Assembly (NCBI RefSeq): GCF_006345805.1
Contig: NC_043006.1
Location: 86,304,001 to 86,368,000 of the forward strand
Length of the DNA stretch: 64,000 nucleotides
Source of the DNA: Octopus sinensis
Lineage: Eukaryota
Reading direction: 5' to 3'
Each line of letters starts with the position of its first letter. Positions within the stretch are counted from its first letter, which is position 1. The notes under the pieces were generated by a model. It saw only the letters and a program-made list of their open reading frames with translations, was not told where the DNA came from and searched no databases. The position numbers and the translations under genes were made by a program. Positions 1-11,914 of the stretch are shown piece after piece.

Positions 1-28
1 GCACGAAGGTTGCGTCGTCAGAGCTAAA

Positions 29-2418
29 ATGCGTGCCTTAAGGAACGAAGGGATTGAAGCTGCGCGAGAGGCCCGGGTAGCGGAGGCGCAGCGTGGCAAC
101 AGATCAACCATTCGGTCTCTAATAGATCAACAGGGATGCAGTTTACTCGAACCCGAAAGGATGTGTGAGGCCTTTCAACAGCACTTTGCTCGACTGTTTG
201 GTGCGAGTGGTGGGTCGGAACGAGGGATGGATTTCAGTGCCTACCTGACCGACCTGCCGCAGCTCTCGGCAAGAGAGGCGGAGTGTTGTGAAAGTCCCAT
301 CACAGCCGCTGACGTGTGGGATGCGATGGCGGGCTGCGCGAGGGATAAGTCGCCTGGATTGGATGGTTTACCCTACGAGCTGTATTGTCGAATGCCAGAC
401 TTGTTTGGCGAACTCTTGGCATCAGTCTACTGCAACTGGCAACAAAACGGAGAATCCCCGGTTTCGTGAGCCGAGGTGCAGTGACGTTGCTGAAGAAAGA
501 CTCAAACAAGGGGAATTTTATAGATAATTTCAGGCCCATCACTCTGCTCAACGCAGATTTGAAAATTTTGGTCAAAGTAATAGCCGAGAGGTTGGCGCTT
601 GTCATTGGTAAACTGGTCGACAGGGCGCAAACATGCGCCGTGCCGGGCAGAACCATACATGACAACCTCCATCTGATGCGCTACATTGTGGACAGGGTAG
701 TTAAGGATCCTGGCATGGGTGGGGCGCTGATAAATTTGGATCAGTCTAAAGCCTTCGATAGGGTCGACCATCGGTACTTGGCGGCCGTCCTCAGGGCGGC
801 TGGCTTCGGTCCCGTCTTCCGCGGTTGGATCGCTGCCTTGTATAGCGGCATCCGATCGGTGATTCGGGTAAACGGTCACCTGTCTAAACCGTTTGACATC
901 ACGCGTTCGGTCCGTCAGGGGTGTCCCCTGTCGGCGCTTCTGTATGTATTGACTCTCGAGCCGCTACTGCGGAAGCTGGCGACACTGAGGGGCATCCCAC
1001 GGGAACTGGGTTGCGGGACGAGCGTGTCGGCATATGCGGACGATGTCACCGTCATAGTGTCGAGCTACCAGCACATCGAGCTGGTCGGCGAGACACTAAG
1101 AAAATATGAAACGGTGACGGGAGCAAGGATTAACCCGGAAAAGTCAGTGGGTTTGCTACTCGGCACCTGGAGAAGCAAGCCCATGCCGTCCGACTGCGGC
1201 TCAGTAGTGGGACGCTGGACGGACGGACCGGTTAAATTGCTCGGGGTCTGGTTCAGTCCGGACCTCCAAATGGATAAGAACTGGGACGAGATCACGAGTA
1301 GAGTGGTCGCTCTCAGCCAAACATGGGCCGAGAGAAAGCTGTCTCTAAAAGGCCGGGCGGAGGTGGCGAACGCGTACATCGCATCCGTCATCGATTACCG
1401 CCTGACCGTCGACCCTTGTCCCGACGCCACCATCACCAAACTGGAACGCATACTCTTCCGCTTCCTGTGGAAGGGTGGCGTTCCGATGGTGAGGAAGTCC
1501 ATTTGCTGTCAACATCCGTTGAATGGAGGACTGGGCATGCCGTGGTTGATGATGCGCAGGCATGCGCTGAGACTGCGACATCTCTGGAAATTCATCGACG
1601 ACGGTGAACAGGTGTGGGCGCCGTTTGTGAGGCGCGACTTCCCGCAGCTCGTCTCACTGACCGAACTGCAAACGTGGATCAAAAAGAGACCGAAACTGGG
1701 CGATTGGCACCGAGAGTGTCGCCAAGCTCTACAGCAGCTCTGCCGACCGGGGTCAAACTGTGCAACTTCCAAACGACTAAAGCGTTCTATAGAGGACTAG
1801 TGGAGGGGAGGTCCGACGACACACTCGGGGCAAACCTGGGCGTCGACGAGGAATTCCTAACCCGCCTGTTCAGGACGACGTTCGGGCCGGGGCCTATGGA
1901 TAACTTCCAGAAATCCCTGGCTTGGCAGTGCTATCGAGACGCACTACCTGTTCGAGAGAAGAGCTACAGACACGGTTCGAAAACCATCACCGGACCGACC
2001 TGCCCGAGATGCGGTCAGAGCGACGAAACCGTTCTGCTCGCACTCGTGCAGTGTCCAGATATTTCAGAGAGCTGTGGTCCTCGTGAACAGCTGTTGTCAC
2101 GTGTAGGTCAGGCTCGCCTATCGGCCGAGTCTATTGTGAATATTGTTCCACCACCTTCCTTAAACGGGAAGGGAAAACGGTTTTCGTTACGCTGATGGCT
2201 ATGCGAAAGAATGTGTGTGGTGGACGCGTTTGAAAGGACTGCAAACAAACACTTCCTCTCTCTGGTCATCTCTCGTCAACTTTTTCAAGTACCACTTGAA
2301 AAGGAGGATGAGAATAGAGAGGAAGGCTTTGTCGAACGAATGTTTTAATAAAAAGTGGGTAAAAGTGGCAAAAATGGTCAGTATGAAAGACGACACTATT
2401 TTAAGCATAAATCTGTAA
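29..2418 (+). pseudogene. LINE ORF2 fragment (reverse transcriptase plus C-terminal zinc finger), frameshifted
   Basis: ORFs 29-469, 385-1800, 1614-2195 and 2215-2418 join into one RT polyprotein by frameshifts. Confidence 0.9.
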
Positions 2419-2787
2419 CCAAAAGAGACAACGAGAAGTAAGGCGACTTACTCATGTGTTCTTTTTCGAATTGCCTGAGGTGACCTTGGTCTTTTTTGTA
2501 GGTTTTTCTTTCCAAGACTACACCTAAACTGTGAACCTTATATATATATATATATATATATATTAGTCAATTTAGGGTAGCAAAAAATTCAATAGAAATT
2601 TATCGCAACCAGCGGCCTGGTGAAAAAGAGAAAATAGTCATCGACTAAATATATAAATATAACGATTTAGGAGTGACCCCAACAGGTCACTCGTCCACCA
2701 GAAAGAGCAGCCATAACTCACACCCACACCGCAAGTATTAGTAATTCAGAAATTAGGTGAAAATTTAAAAACATTTACCCTAATTCT

Positions 2788-2892
2788 TCTTTTAGACGTT
2801 GCAACGTTTCTGTGTCATTAATGATTAAATTAGCTTAATTAAATTAAATTAAGCCAATCTACCATAGGTTACTACACATCATCAGTAAAAGA
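2788..2892 (-). ncRNA. Type I hammerhead ribozyme motif, array unit 1
   Basis: Minus strand reads UCUUUUA-CUGAUGA-U-GUGU...ACAC-A-GAAA-CGUUGCAACG-UC-UAAAAGA: 7-bp stem I, full core, palindromic stem III, GUC site. Confidence 0.85.
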
Positions 2893-3262
2893 CCTGGGAG
2901 AGACAAATATACACGAGGCGTCTGTATCGATGCCTACGGATATCTGACTTAAAATTTTCAAGACTGACGTATTCGCGCCAAACTTATCAACAGTAAATAT
3001 AAACTGCCGATTCAATCTCAGAATTATTCAGAAAATTATCAATTAGTCAATTTAGGGTAGCAAAAAATTCAATAGAAATTTATCGCAACCAGCGGCCTGG
3101 TGAAAAAAGAAAATAGTCATCGACTAAATATTAAATATAACGATTTAGGAGTGACCCCAACAGGTCACTCGTCCACCAGAAAGAGCAGCCATAACTCACA
3201 CACCGCCAAGTATTAGTAATTCAGAAATTAGGTGAAAATTTAAAAACATTTACCCTAATTCT

Positions 3263-3364
3263 TCTTTTAGACGTTGCAACGTTTCTGTGTCATTAATGAT
3301 TAAATTAGCTTAATTAAATTAAATTAAGCCAATCTACCATAGGTTACACTTCATCAGTAAAAGA
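3263..3364 (-). ncRNA. Type I hammerhead ribozyme motif, unit 2
   Basis: Same motif, core intact (plus strand TCTTTTAGACGTTGCAACGTTTC...CTTCATCAGTAAAAGA). Confidence 0.85.
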
Positions 3365-3730
3365 CCTGGGAGAGACAATATACACGAGGCGTCTGTATCG
3401 ATGCCTACGGGATATCTGACTTAAAATTTTCAAGACTGACGTATTCGCGCCAAACTTATCACAGTAAATATAAACTGCCGATTCAATCTCAGAATTATTC
3501 AGAAAATTATCAATTAGTCAATTTAGGGTAGCAAAAAATTCAATAGAAATTTATCGCAACCAGCGGCCTGGTGAAAAAGAGAAAATAGTCATCGACTAAA
3601 TATATAAATATAACGATTTAGGAGTGACCCCAACAGTCACTCGTCCACCAGAAAGAGCAGCCATAACTCACACCGCCAAGTATTAGTAATTCAGAAATTA
3701 GGTGAAAATTTAAAAATTTACCCTAATTCT

Positions 3731-3832
3731 TCTTTTAGACGTTGCAACGTTTCTGTGTCATTAATGATTAAATTAGCTTAATTAAATTAAATTAAGCCAA
3801 TCTACCATAGGTTACACTTCATCAGTAAAAGA
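3731..3832 (-). ncRNA. Type I hammerhead ribozyme motif, unit 3
   Basis: Same motif, core intact. Confidence 0.85.
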
Positions 3833-4203
3833 CCTGGGAGAGACAAATATACGCGAGGCGTCTGTATCGATGCCTCCGGGATATCTGACTTAAAATTTTC
3901 AAGACTGACGTATTCGCGCCAAACTTATCAACAGTAAATATAAACTGCCGATTCAATCTCAGAATTATTCAGAAAATTATCAATTAGTCAATTTAGGGTA
4001 GCAAAAAATTCAATAGAAATTTATCGCAACCAGCGGCCTGGTGAAAAAGAGAAAATAGTCATCGACTAAATATATAAATATAACGATTTAGGAGTGACCC
4101 CAACAGGTCACTCGTCCACCAGAAAGAGCAGCCATAACTCACACCGCCAAGTATTAGTAATTCAGAAATTAGGTGAAAATTTAAAAACATTTACCCTAAT
4201 TCT

Positions 4204-4305
4204 TCTTTTAGACGTTGCAACGTTTCTGTGTCATTAATGATTAAATTAGCTTAATTAAATTAAATTAAGCCAATCTACCATAGGTTACACTTCATCAGTA
4301 AAAGA
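4204..4305 (-). ncRNA. Type I hammerhead ribozyme motif, unit 4
   Basis: Same motif, core intact. Confidence 0.85.
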
Positions 4306-4681
4306 CCTGGGAGAGACAAATATACACGAGGCGTCTGTATCGATGCCTACGGGATATCTGACTTAAAATTTTCAAGACTGACGTATTCGCGCCAAACTTA
4401 TCAACAGTAAATATAAACTGCTGCCGATTCAATCTCAGAATTATTCAGAAAATTATCAATTAGTCAATTTAGGGTAGCAAAAAATTCAATAGAAATTTAT
4501 CGCAACCAGCGGCCTGGTGAAAAAGAGAAAATAGTCATCGACTAAATATATAATATAACGATTTAGGAGTGACCCCACAGGTCACTCGTCCACCAGAAAG
4601 AGCAGCCATAACTCACTCACACCGCCAAGTATTAGTAATTCAGAAATTAGGTGAAAATTTAAAAACATTTACCCTAATTCT

Positions 4682-4783
4682 TCTTTTAGACGTTGCACGT
4701 TTTCTGTGTCATTAATGATTAAATTAGCTTAATTAAATTAAATTAAGCCAATCTACCATAGGTTACACTTCATCAGTAAAAGA
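4682..4783 (-). ncRNA. Type I hammerhead ribozyme motif, unit 5 (stem III/GAAA region perturbed by indels)
   Basis: Plus strand reads GACGTTGCACGTTTTCTG instead of GACGTTGCAACGTTTCTG; this may be a sequencing error. Confidence 0.7.
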
Positions 4784-5154
4784 CCTGGGAGAGACAAATA
4801 ACACGAGGCGTCTGTATCGATGCCTACGGGATATCTGACTTAAAATTTTCAAGACTGACGTATTCGCGCCAAACTTATCAACAGTAAATATAAACTGCCG
4901 ATTCAATCTCAGAATTATTCAGAAAATTATCAATTAGTCAATTTAGGGTAGCAAAAAATTCAATAGAAATTTATCGCAACCAGCGGCCTGGTGAAAAAGA
5001 GAAAATAGTCATCGACTAAATATATAAATATAACGATTTAGGAGTGACCCCAACAGGTCACTCGTCCACCAGAAAGAGCAGCCATAACTCACACCGCCAA
5101 GTATTAGTAATTCAGAAATTAGGTGAAAATTTAAAAAACATTTACCCTAATTCT

Positions 5155-5256
5155 TCTTTTAGACGTTGCAACGTTTCTGTGTCATTAATGATTAAATTAG
5201 CTTAATTAAATTAAATTAAGCCAATCTACCATAGGTTACACTTCATCAGTAAAAGA
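5155..5256 (-). ncRNA. Type I hammerhead ribozyme motif, unit 6
   Basis: Same motif, core intact. Confidence 0.85.
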
Positions 5257-5633
5257 CCTGGGAGAGACAAATATACACGAGGCGTCTGTATCGATGCCTA
5301 CGGATATCTGACTTAAAATTTTCAAGACTGACGTATTCGCGCCAAACTTATCAACATAAATATAACTGCCGATTCAATCTCAGAATTATTCAGAAAATTA
5401 TCAATTAGTCAATTTAGGGTAGCAAAAAATTCAATAGAAATTTATCGCAACCAGCGGCCTGGTGAAAAAGAAAATAGTCATCGACTAAATATATAAATAT
5501 AACGATTTAGGAGTGACCCCAACAGGTCACTCGTCCACCAGAAAGAGCAGCCATAACTCACACCACACAATCCTACCGCCAATATTAGTAATTCAGAAAT
5601 TAGGTGAAAATTTAAAAACATTACCCTAATTCT

Positions 5634-5741
5634 TCTTTTAGACGTTGCAACGTTTCTGTTTGTCATTAATGAATGATTATTTTAGCTTAATTAAATTAAA
5701 TTAAGACAATCTACCATAGGTTACACTTCATCAGTAAAAGA
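5634..5741 (-). ncRNA. Type I hammerhead ribozyme motif, unit 7 (small insertions in stem II)
   Basis: Core intact; the stem II region is a variant. Confidence 0.75.
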
Positions 5742-6110
5742 CCTGGGAGAGAAAATATACACGAGGCGTCTGTATCGATGCCTACGGGATATCTGACTTA
5801 AAATTTTCAAGACTGACGTATTCGCGCCAAACTTATCAACAGTAAATATAAACTGCCGATTCAATCTCAGAATTATTCAGAAAATTATCAATTAGTCAAT
5901 TTAGGGTAGCAAAAAATTCAATAGAAATTTATCGCAACCAGCGGCCTGGTGAAAAAAGAAAATAGTCATCGACTAAATATATAAATATAACGATTTAGGA
6001 GTGACCCCAACAGGTCACTCGTCCACCAGAAAGAGCAGCCATAACTCACACCGCCAAGTATTAGTAATTCAGAAATTAGGTGAAAATTTAAAAACATTTA
6101 CCCTAATTCT

Positions 6111-6212
6111 TCTTTTAGACGTTGCAACGTTTCTGTGTCATTAATGATTAAATTAGCTTAATTAAATTAAATTAAGCCAATCTACCATAGGTTACACTTC
6201 ATCAGTAAAAGA
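6111..6212 (-). ncRNA. Type I hammerhead ribozyme motif, unit 8
   Basis: Same motif, core intact. Confidence 0.85.
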
Positions 6213-6503
6213 CCTGGGTGGACGAGTGACCTGTTGGGGTCACTCCTAAATCGTTATATTTATATATTTAGTCGATGACTATTTTCTCTTTTTCACCAGG
6301 CCGCTGGTTGCGATAAATTTCTATTGAATTTTTTGCTACCCTAAATTGACTAATTGATAATTTTCTGAATAATTCTGAGATTGAATCGGCAGTTTATATT
6401 TACTGTTGATAAGTTTGGCGCGAATACGTCAGTCTTGAAAATTTTAAGTCAATATCCCGTAGGCATCGATACAGACGCCTCGTGTATATTTGTCTCTCCC
6501 AGG

Positions 6504-6604
6504 TCTTTTACTGATGAAGTGTAACCTATGGTAGATTGGCTTAATTTAATTTAATTAAGCTAATTTAATCATTAATGACACAGAAACGTTGCAACGATTA
6601 AAGA
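6504..6604 (+). ncRNA. Hammerhead motif in the inverted unit, cleavage triplet lost
   Basis: TCTTTTA-CTGATGA...GAAACGTTGCAACG is followed by ATTA rather than TCTAA, so GUC is absent. Confidence 0.7.
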
Positions 6605-6910
6605 AGAATTAGGGTAAATGTTTTTAAATTTTCACCTAATTTCTGATTACTAATACTTTGGCGGTGTGAGTTATGGCTGCTCTTTCTGGTGGACGAGTGA
6701 CCTGTTGGGGTCACTCCTAAATCGTTATATATATATATATATATATATTGCTTTTTATACACCACACAACCCACAGATCCTATTGATCAAACTTTTTTTT
6801 TTTTTTTTTCTTTCTTGCCCCACCCATCCCACCTCGAAAAGAAAAATTCTACATTGTAATTTCGTCTTTTTATTCTGTGTTTAGCCCTGTGTGGCTACAA
6901 TAAAAAGTTA

Positions 6911-6993
<83 letters not shown>

Positions 6994-7019
6994 ATCTATC
7001 TATCTATCTATCATCTATC

Positions 7020-7096
<77 letters not shown>
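6911..7096. repeat. (TCTA)n microsatellite between LINE copies 1 and 2
   Basis: Direct reading. Confidence 0.99.
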
Positions 7097-10000
7097 ATCA
7101 CAAATTGGTGACGTGTACGCTAGACTTAGATAAGGCACATAGACAGGGTCCTGGGTACTGGAAACTGAACGCATCATTCCCGTCCAGACAAGTTTTCAGA
7201 GACCGGATTAGCACACTAGTAAAGAGGGCTTTGACGGGAGCCATCTCAACAACAAATGGTGGTTTGCCCTCAAGAGAGCAGTAAAAGCAGAAGCGATTAG
7301 GTACAGCAAGCACTAGCCATAGATAGAAATAGAGTAGAGGGGAGCTAGTTAAGAAGCTAGAAGAGGCAATTAGAAGCGGCATCGCATCCGACGTTTTGGC
7401 GGCGAGGTTGGCCCTCGACCAACACACTTCAACGCCAAACACGAAGGATGTGCTGTCAGAGCTAGGATGCGTGCTCTAAGGAACGAGGTGTTGGAGCCGC
7501 GAGAGAGGCCGGGTGGCAGAGGCGCAACAGGGCAACAAGCCACCATTCGGTCACTGGTAGATGAACAGGGGCGCGAATTGCTCGAGCCAAGTAAAATGTG
7601 TGAGGCCTTTCAGCAGCATTTTGCCCGACTGTTCGGGACGAGTGGAGGGAAGAACGTAGGGTAGACTTCAGTGCCTACCTACATAGCCTACCACGACTCT
7701 CGACAAGAAAGGCAGGGTGCTGCGAAGGTGCCATCACGGCGGCGGAAGTGCGGGAAGCGATGGCAGAATGCTCGAGGGACAAATCACCGGGTTTGGATGG
7801 TCTACCCTACGATTTTTACTATTGTATGTCAGACTTGTTTGGAGACGTCTTGGCAGCGGTATACTGCAACTGGCAGCAAAACGGGAGCATACCCGGTTTT
7901 GTGAGTCGGGAGCTGTAACTCTGCTGAAGAAAGATCCAAACAAGGGAAACATATAGATAACTTTAGGCCAATCACTCTGCTCAATGCAGACCTGAAATTT
8001 TGACAAGGTGTTAGCCAAGAGGTTGGCGCTTGTCATGGAGAAAACTGGTCGACAACGCACAAACGTGCGCCGTGCCGGGCCGGAGCATCCATGACAACCT
8101 CCATCTGATGCGCTACAATCATAGACAGGGTAGTTTAACGAACCTGGCATGGGTGGGGCCCTGATCAACTTGGATCATCGAAAGCCTTTGATAGGGTAGA
8201 CCATCGATACTTGGAGGCAGTCCTGAGAGCGGCTGGTTTTCGGTCCCGTCTTCCGCGGCTGGATACTGCCTTGTACAGAGGCATCCGTCGGTAATTCGCG
8301 TAAATGGACATCTATCGAGACCCTTCGACATTGCACGTTCGGTCCGTCAGGGATGCCCCCTCTCGGCGCTTCTATACGTATTGACTCTTGAGCCACTACT
8401 GCGGAGCTGGCGACTCTGAGGGGCATCCCGCGAGAATTAGGATGCGGGACGAGCGTGTCTGCATACGCGGACGACGTCACCGTCATAGTGTCAAGCCACG
8501 AGCACATCGAGCGGGTCGGCGAGACACTGAAAGACTACGAAGCGGTGACAGGAGCAAAAATCAACCGGGAAAAGTCAGTGGGCTTGCGGCTCGGCACCTG
8601 GAGAAGCAAGCCATGCCGTCCACCAGTACCTTCCGTCGTGTGGACGCTGGACAGACGGCCCGGTTGAGTTGCTCGGGTCTGGTTCGGTCCGGACCTCCAA
8701 ATGGAGAAGAACTGGAACGAGATAACGAGTAGGGTGGTCACTCTCGCCCAGCAATGGGCCGAGAGGAAACTGTCCCTAAAAGGTCGGGCGGAGGTGGTGA
8801 ACGCGTACATCGCGTCCATCATCTACTACCGCCTGACCGTCGTACCTTGTCCCGACCCTACCATCACCAAACTAGAACGCATCCTCTTCCGCTTCTTGTG
8901 GAAAGGATGCGTCCCGATGGTCAGGCGATCCATTTGCTGTCAACACCCGCTAAAAGGAGGGCTGGCATGCCGTGGTTGATGATGCGCAGACACGCGCTGA
9001 GACTGCGACATCTCCGGCTCTATGTAGACGACGGTGAACAGGTGTGGTCGCCGTTTGTGAGGCACGCATTCCCGCAACTCGTCTCCATGACCGAACTACA
9101 GTCGTGGATCAAGCAGAGACCGAGGCTAGGCGAATGGCACCGCGAGTGTCGCGTTGCTCTCAAGCAACTCTGCCGTCCGGAATCGAACTTGTGCGACTCC
9201 ATCACAACAAAGGCATTCTATGGAGGATTAGTGGAGGGGAGGTGCGACGACGAACTCGGGCAGAGTCTGGGCGTCGACGAGGAACACCTGACCCGCCTGT
9301 TCAGGACAACTTTCGGGCCGGGACCTATGAACAATCACCAAAGATCCCTGGCCTGGCAGTGCTATCGAGAAGCATTACCTGTTCGGGATAAGCTCTACAG
9401 ACACGGTTCCAGACACACTGGACCGAGTTGCCCGAGATGCGGTCAGAGCGACGAAACCGTTCTGCACGCACTCGTGCAATGTCCAACCATTTCCGACCTG
9501 TGGGCTTATGCCGAACGGCTGCTGTCACGTGTGGGACGAATCCGCCTATCGGCCGAGTCTATCGTGAGAATTGCTCCGCCCCCTTCCCTCAACCGGGAAG
9601 TCAAGGCAGTTTTCATCGTACTGGTGGCCATGGTGAAAGAATGTGTGTGGTGGACTCGAGCGAAAGGATTAGAGACAAACACTTACCTCTCTGGCCAATC
9701 GCTCATCAACTTTTTCAAGTACCACTTGAAAAGGAAGGTGAGAATGGAGAGGGAATTTTGTCTCGCGAAAGATTCAAAAAAAGATGGGTGAATGTTGCAA
9801 AGATGGTGCGTGCTAGCAACGAAACCATTTTGAGCATGATCCTGTAGATCGTAAAAAAGAAAGAAAGAGAGCATTTTTGACCTCATGTGTTTATTTCCTC
9901 CCTGACTGGGGTTCCCGTGGTCTTTTCTGTAGGCTTTTCTTCCCACGGATAACCCAATCTTGTATATATCATGTTTACACCATTATTTCTGTGATACACG

Positions 10001-10150
10001 ATTTTCCTTTTTTCCTTTTTTTTTTTCCTCCTCTCGATCCCTTTTGATCGCAATCTTACATTTTTTATTTTTTTCCACCCTCGAAAAGAAAAGCTCTGCA
10101 TTTGTATTTGTCCCCTCTGTATTCAGCCCTGTGTGGCTAATAAAAGAAAG

Positions 10151-10151
<1 letters not shown>
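7097..10151 (+). mobile_element. Tx1-clade LINE copy 2, 5'-truncated within ORF2
   Basis: Starts at ATCACAAATTGG, matching copy 4 near 14950. Has a frameshifted RT (AYADD, ORF 8455-8667), ORF2 ending about 9847, and the same terminal stem-loop plus AATAAA. Confidence 0.92.
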
Positions 10152-10244
<93 letters not shown>

Positions 10245-10248
10245 CCTC

Positions 10249-10296
<48 letters not shown>
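10152..10296. repeat. (TCTA)n microsatellite between copies 2 and 3
   Basis: Direct reading. Confidence 0.99.
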
Positions 10297-11509
10297 GTCA
10301 ACACCCGTTAAAAGGAGGGCTGGGCATGCCGTGGTTGATGACGCGCAGACACGCGCTGAGACTGCGACATCTCTGGCTCTATGTAGACGACGGTGAACAG
10401 GTGTGGTCGCCGTTTGTGAGGCACGCTTTCCCGCAGCTCGTCTCCATGACCGAACTGCAGTCGTGGATCAAAAAGAGGCCGAGGAAGGGCGAATGGCACC
10501 GCGAGTGTCGCGTTGCTCTCAAGCAACTCTGCCGTCCTGGGTCGACCTTAAGTGACTTCAACACAACCAAAGCATTCTATAGGGGTTTAGTGGAGGGGAG
10601 GTACGACGACGAGCTCGGGGCGAACCTGGACGTCGACGAGGAGTACCTGACCCGCCTGTTCGGGACGACTTTCGGGCCAGGGCCCATGGACACTTTCCAG
10701 AGATCCCTGGCCTGGCAGTGCTACCGAGAAGCGCTACCCGTTCGGGATAAGCTCTACAGACACGGCTCGAGAAACACGGGGCCGACCTGCCCGAGATGCG
10801 GTCAGAGCGACGAAACCGTTTTGCACGCACTCGTTCAGTGTCCCAACAATTCCGACCTGTGGGCTTATGTCGAACAACTGCTGTCACGTGTGGGACGAGT
10901 CGGTTTATCAGCTGAGTCTATCGTCAATATTGTCACGCCTCCTTCCTTCAAACGGGAAGGAAGAGCTATTTTCATCATCCTTGTGGCTATGGCGAAAGAA
11001 TGTATCTGGTGGACGCGTCTGAAAGGATTGGAGACAAACACTTTCCTCTCTGGTCAATCTCTCATCAACTTCTTCAAGTACCACTTGAAAAGGAAAGTGA
11101 GAGTAGAGAGGCAAGTTTTGTCTAGCGAATGTTTTAAAAAAAGATGGGTGAATGTAGCAAGAATGGCACGTATGAATGACGAAGCCCCTTGAGCATAGTC
11201 CTATGAACCCAGAAATCGAAAACAGAGAGTTGCTTATTTGCAAAAAAAAAAAAAAAAAAAAAAAAATATAAATGTGACTTCATTGACCGAGGTTACCGTG
11301 GTCTTTTCCGTAGGCTTTCTTTCCACGGGTAACCTCACCTGTCCTCCCCTTTACACACTTCATATTGACATTTCTCTGTGATAACGATCCCTATTGATCA
11401 ATTTTTTTTTTCCTCTCCCCCCCTTTTTTTTTTTTTTTTTTTTAACCCCCCCTTTTTTTTTGTCCTCTTTCTCTCCTTTTACGATCCCTTTTGATCGAAA
11501 CTCCCCTTC

Positions 11510-11542
<33 letters not shown>

Positions 11543-11616
11543 CTTCAAAGAAAAGCTCTACCTTGTAATTTGTTCTATCTGTGTGCAGCCCTGTGTGGCT
11601 AATAAAGAAACATATT
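10297..11616 (+). mobile_element. Tx1-clade LINE copy 3, heavily 5'-truncated
   Basis: ORF2 C-terminus is open from QHPLKGGLGMPW to the stop at 11192; 3' UTR closely resembles copy 4. Confidence 0.92.

Positions 11617-11914
<298 letters not shown>

Larger units (their letters stand above)
2563..6730. repeat. ~475-bp tandem array: 7.7 direct units plus ~1.1 inverted units, flanked by (TA)n
   Basis: Unit start TTAGTCAATTTAGGGTAGC recurs at about 2563, 3043, 3514, 3984, 4460, 4934, 5405 and 5892. Orientation flips at about 6217. (TA)n lies at 2539-2562 and 6725-6748. Confidence 0.97.
1..6910 (+). mobile_element. Tx1/L1-clade non-LTR retrotransposon, copy 1 (3' part; 5' end outside window; 3' UTR interrupted by the hammerhead array)
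   Basis: ORF2 RT motifs (KSPGLDG, NFRPITLLNAD, QGCPLS, AYADD) and a C-terminal CPRC...ETVLxAL zinc-finger motif. The 3' UTR resumes after 6748 and ends AGCCCTGTGTGGCTACAATAAA before (TCTA)n, as in the other copies. Confidence 0.9.

Noticed and set aside
2563-6730. Regular repeats as a CRISPR array
   Set aside because: Units are ~475 bp and near-identical with no unique spacers; the context is eukaryotic and there are no cas genes.
9960-10296. N-terminal part of the 410-aa ORF and ORFs 11581/11583 with IYLS repeats
   Set aside because: These are translations of (TCTA)n and UTR sequence; only the part from 10297 is LINE ORF2.
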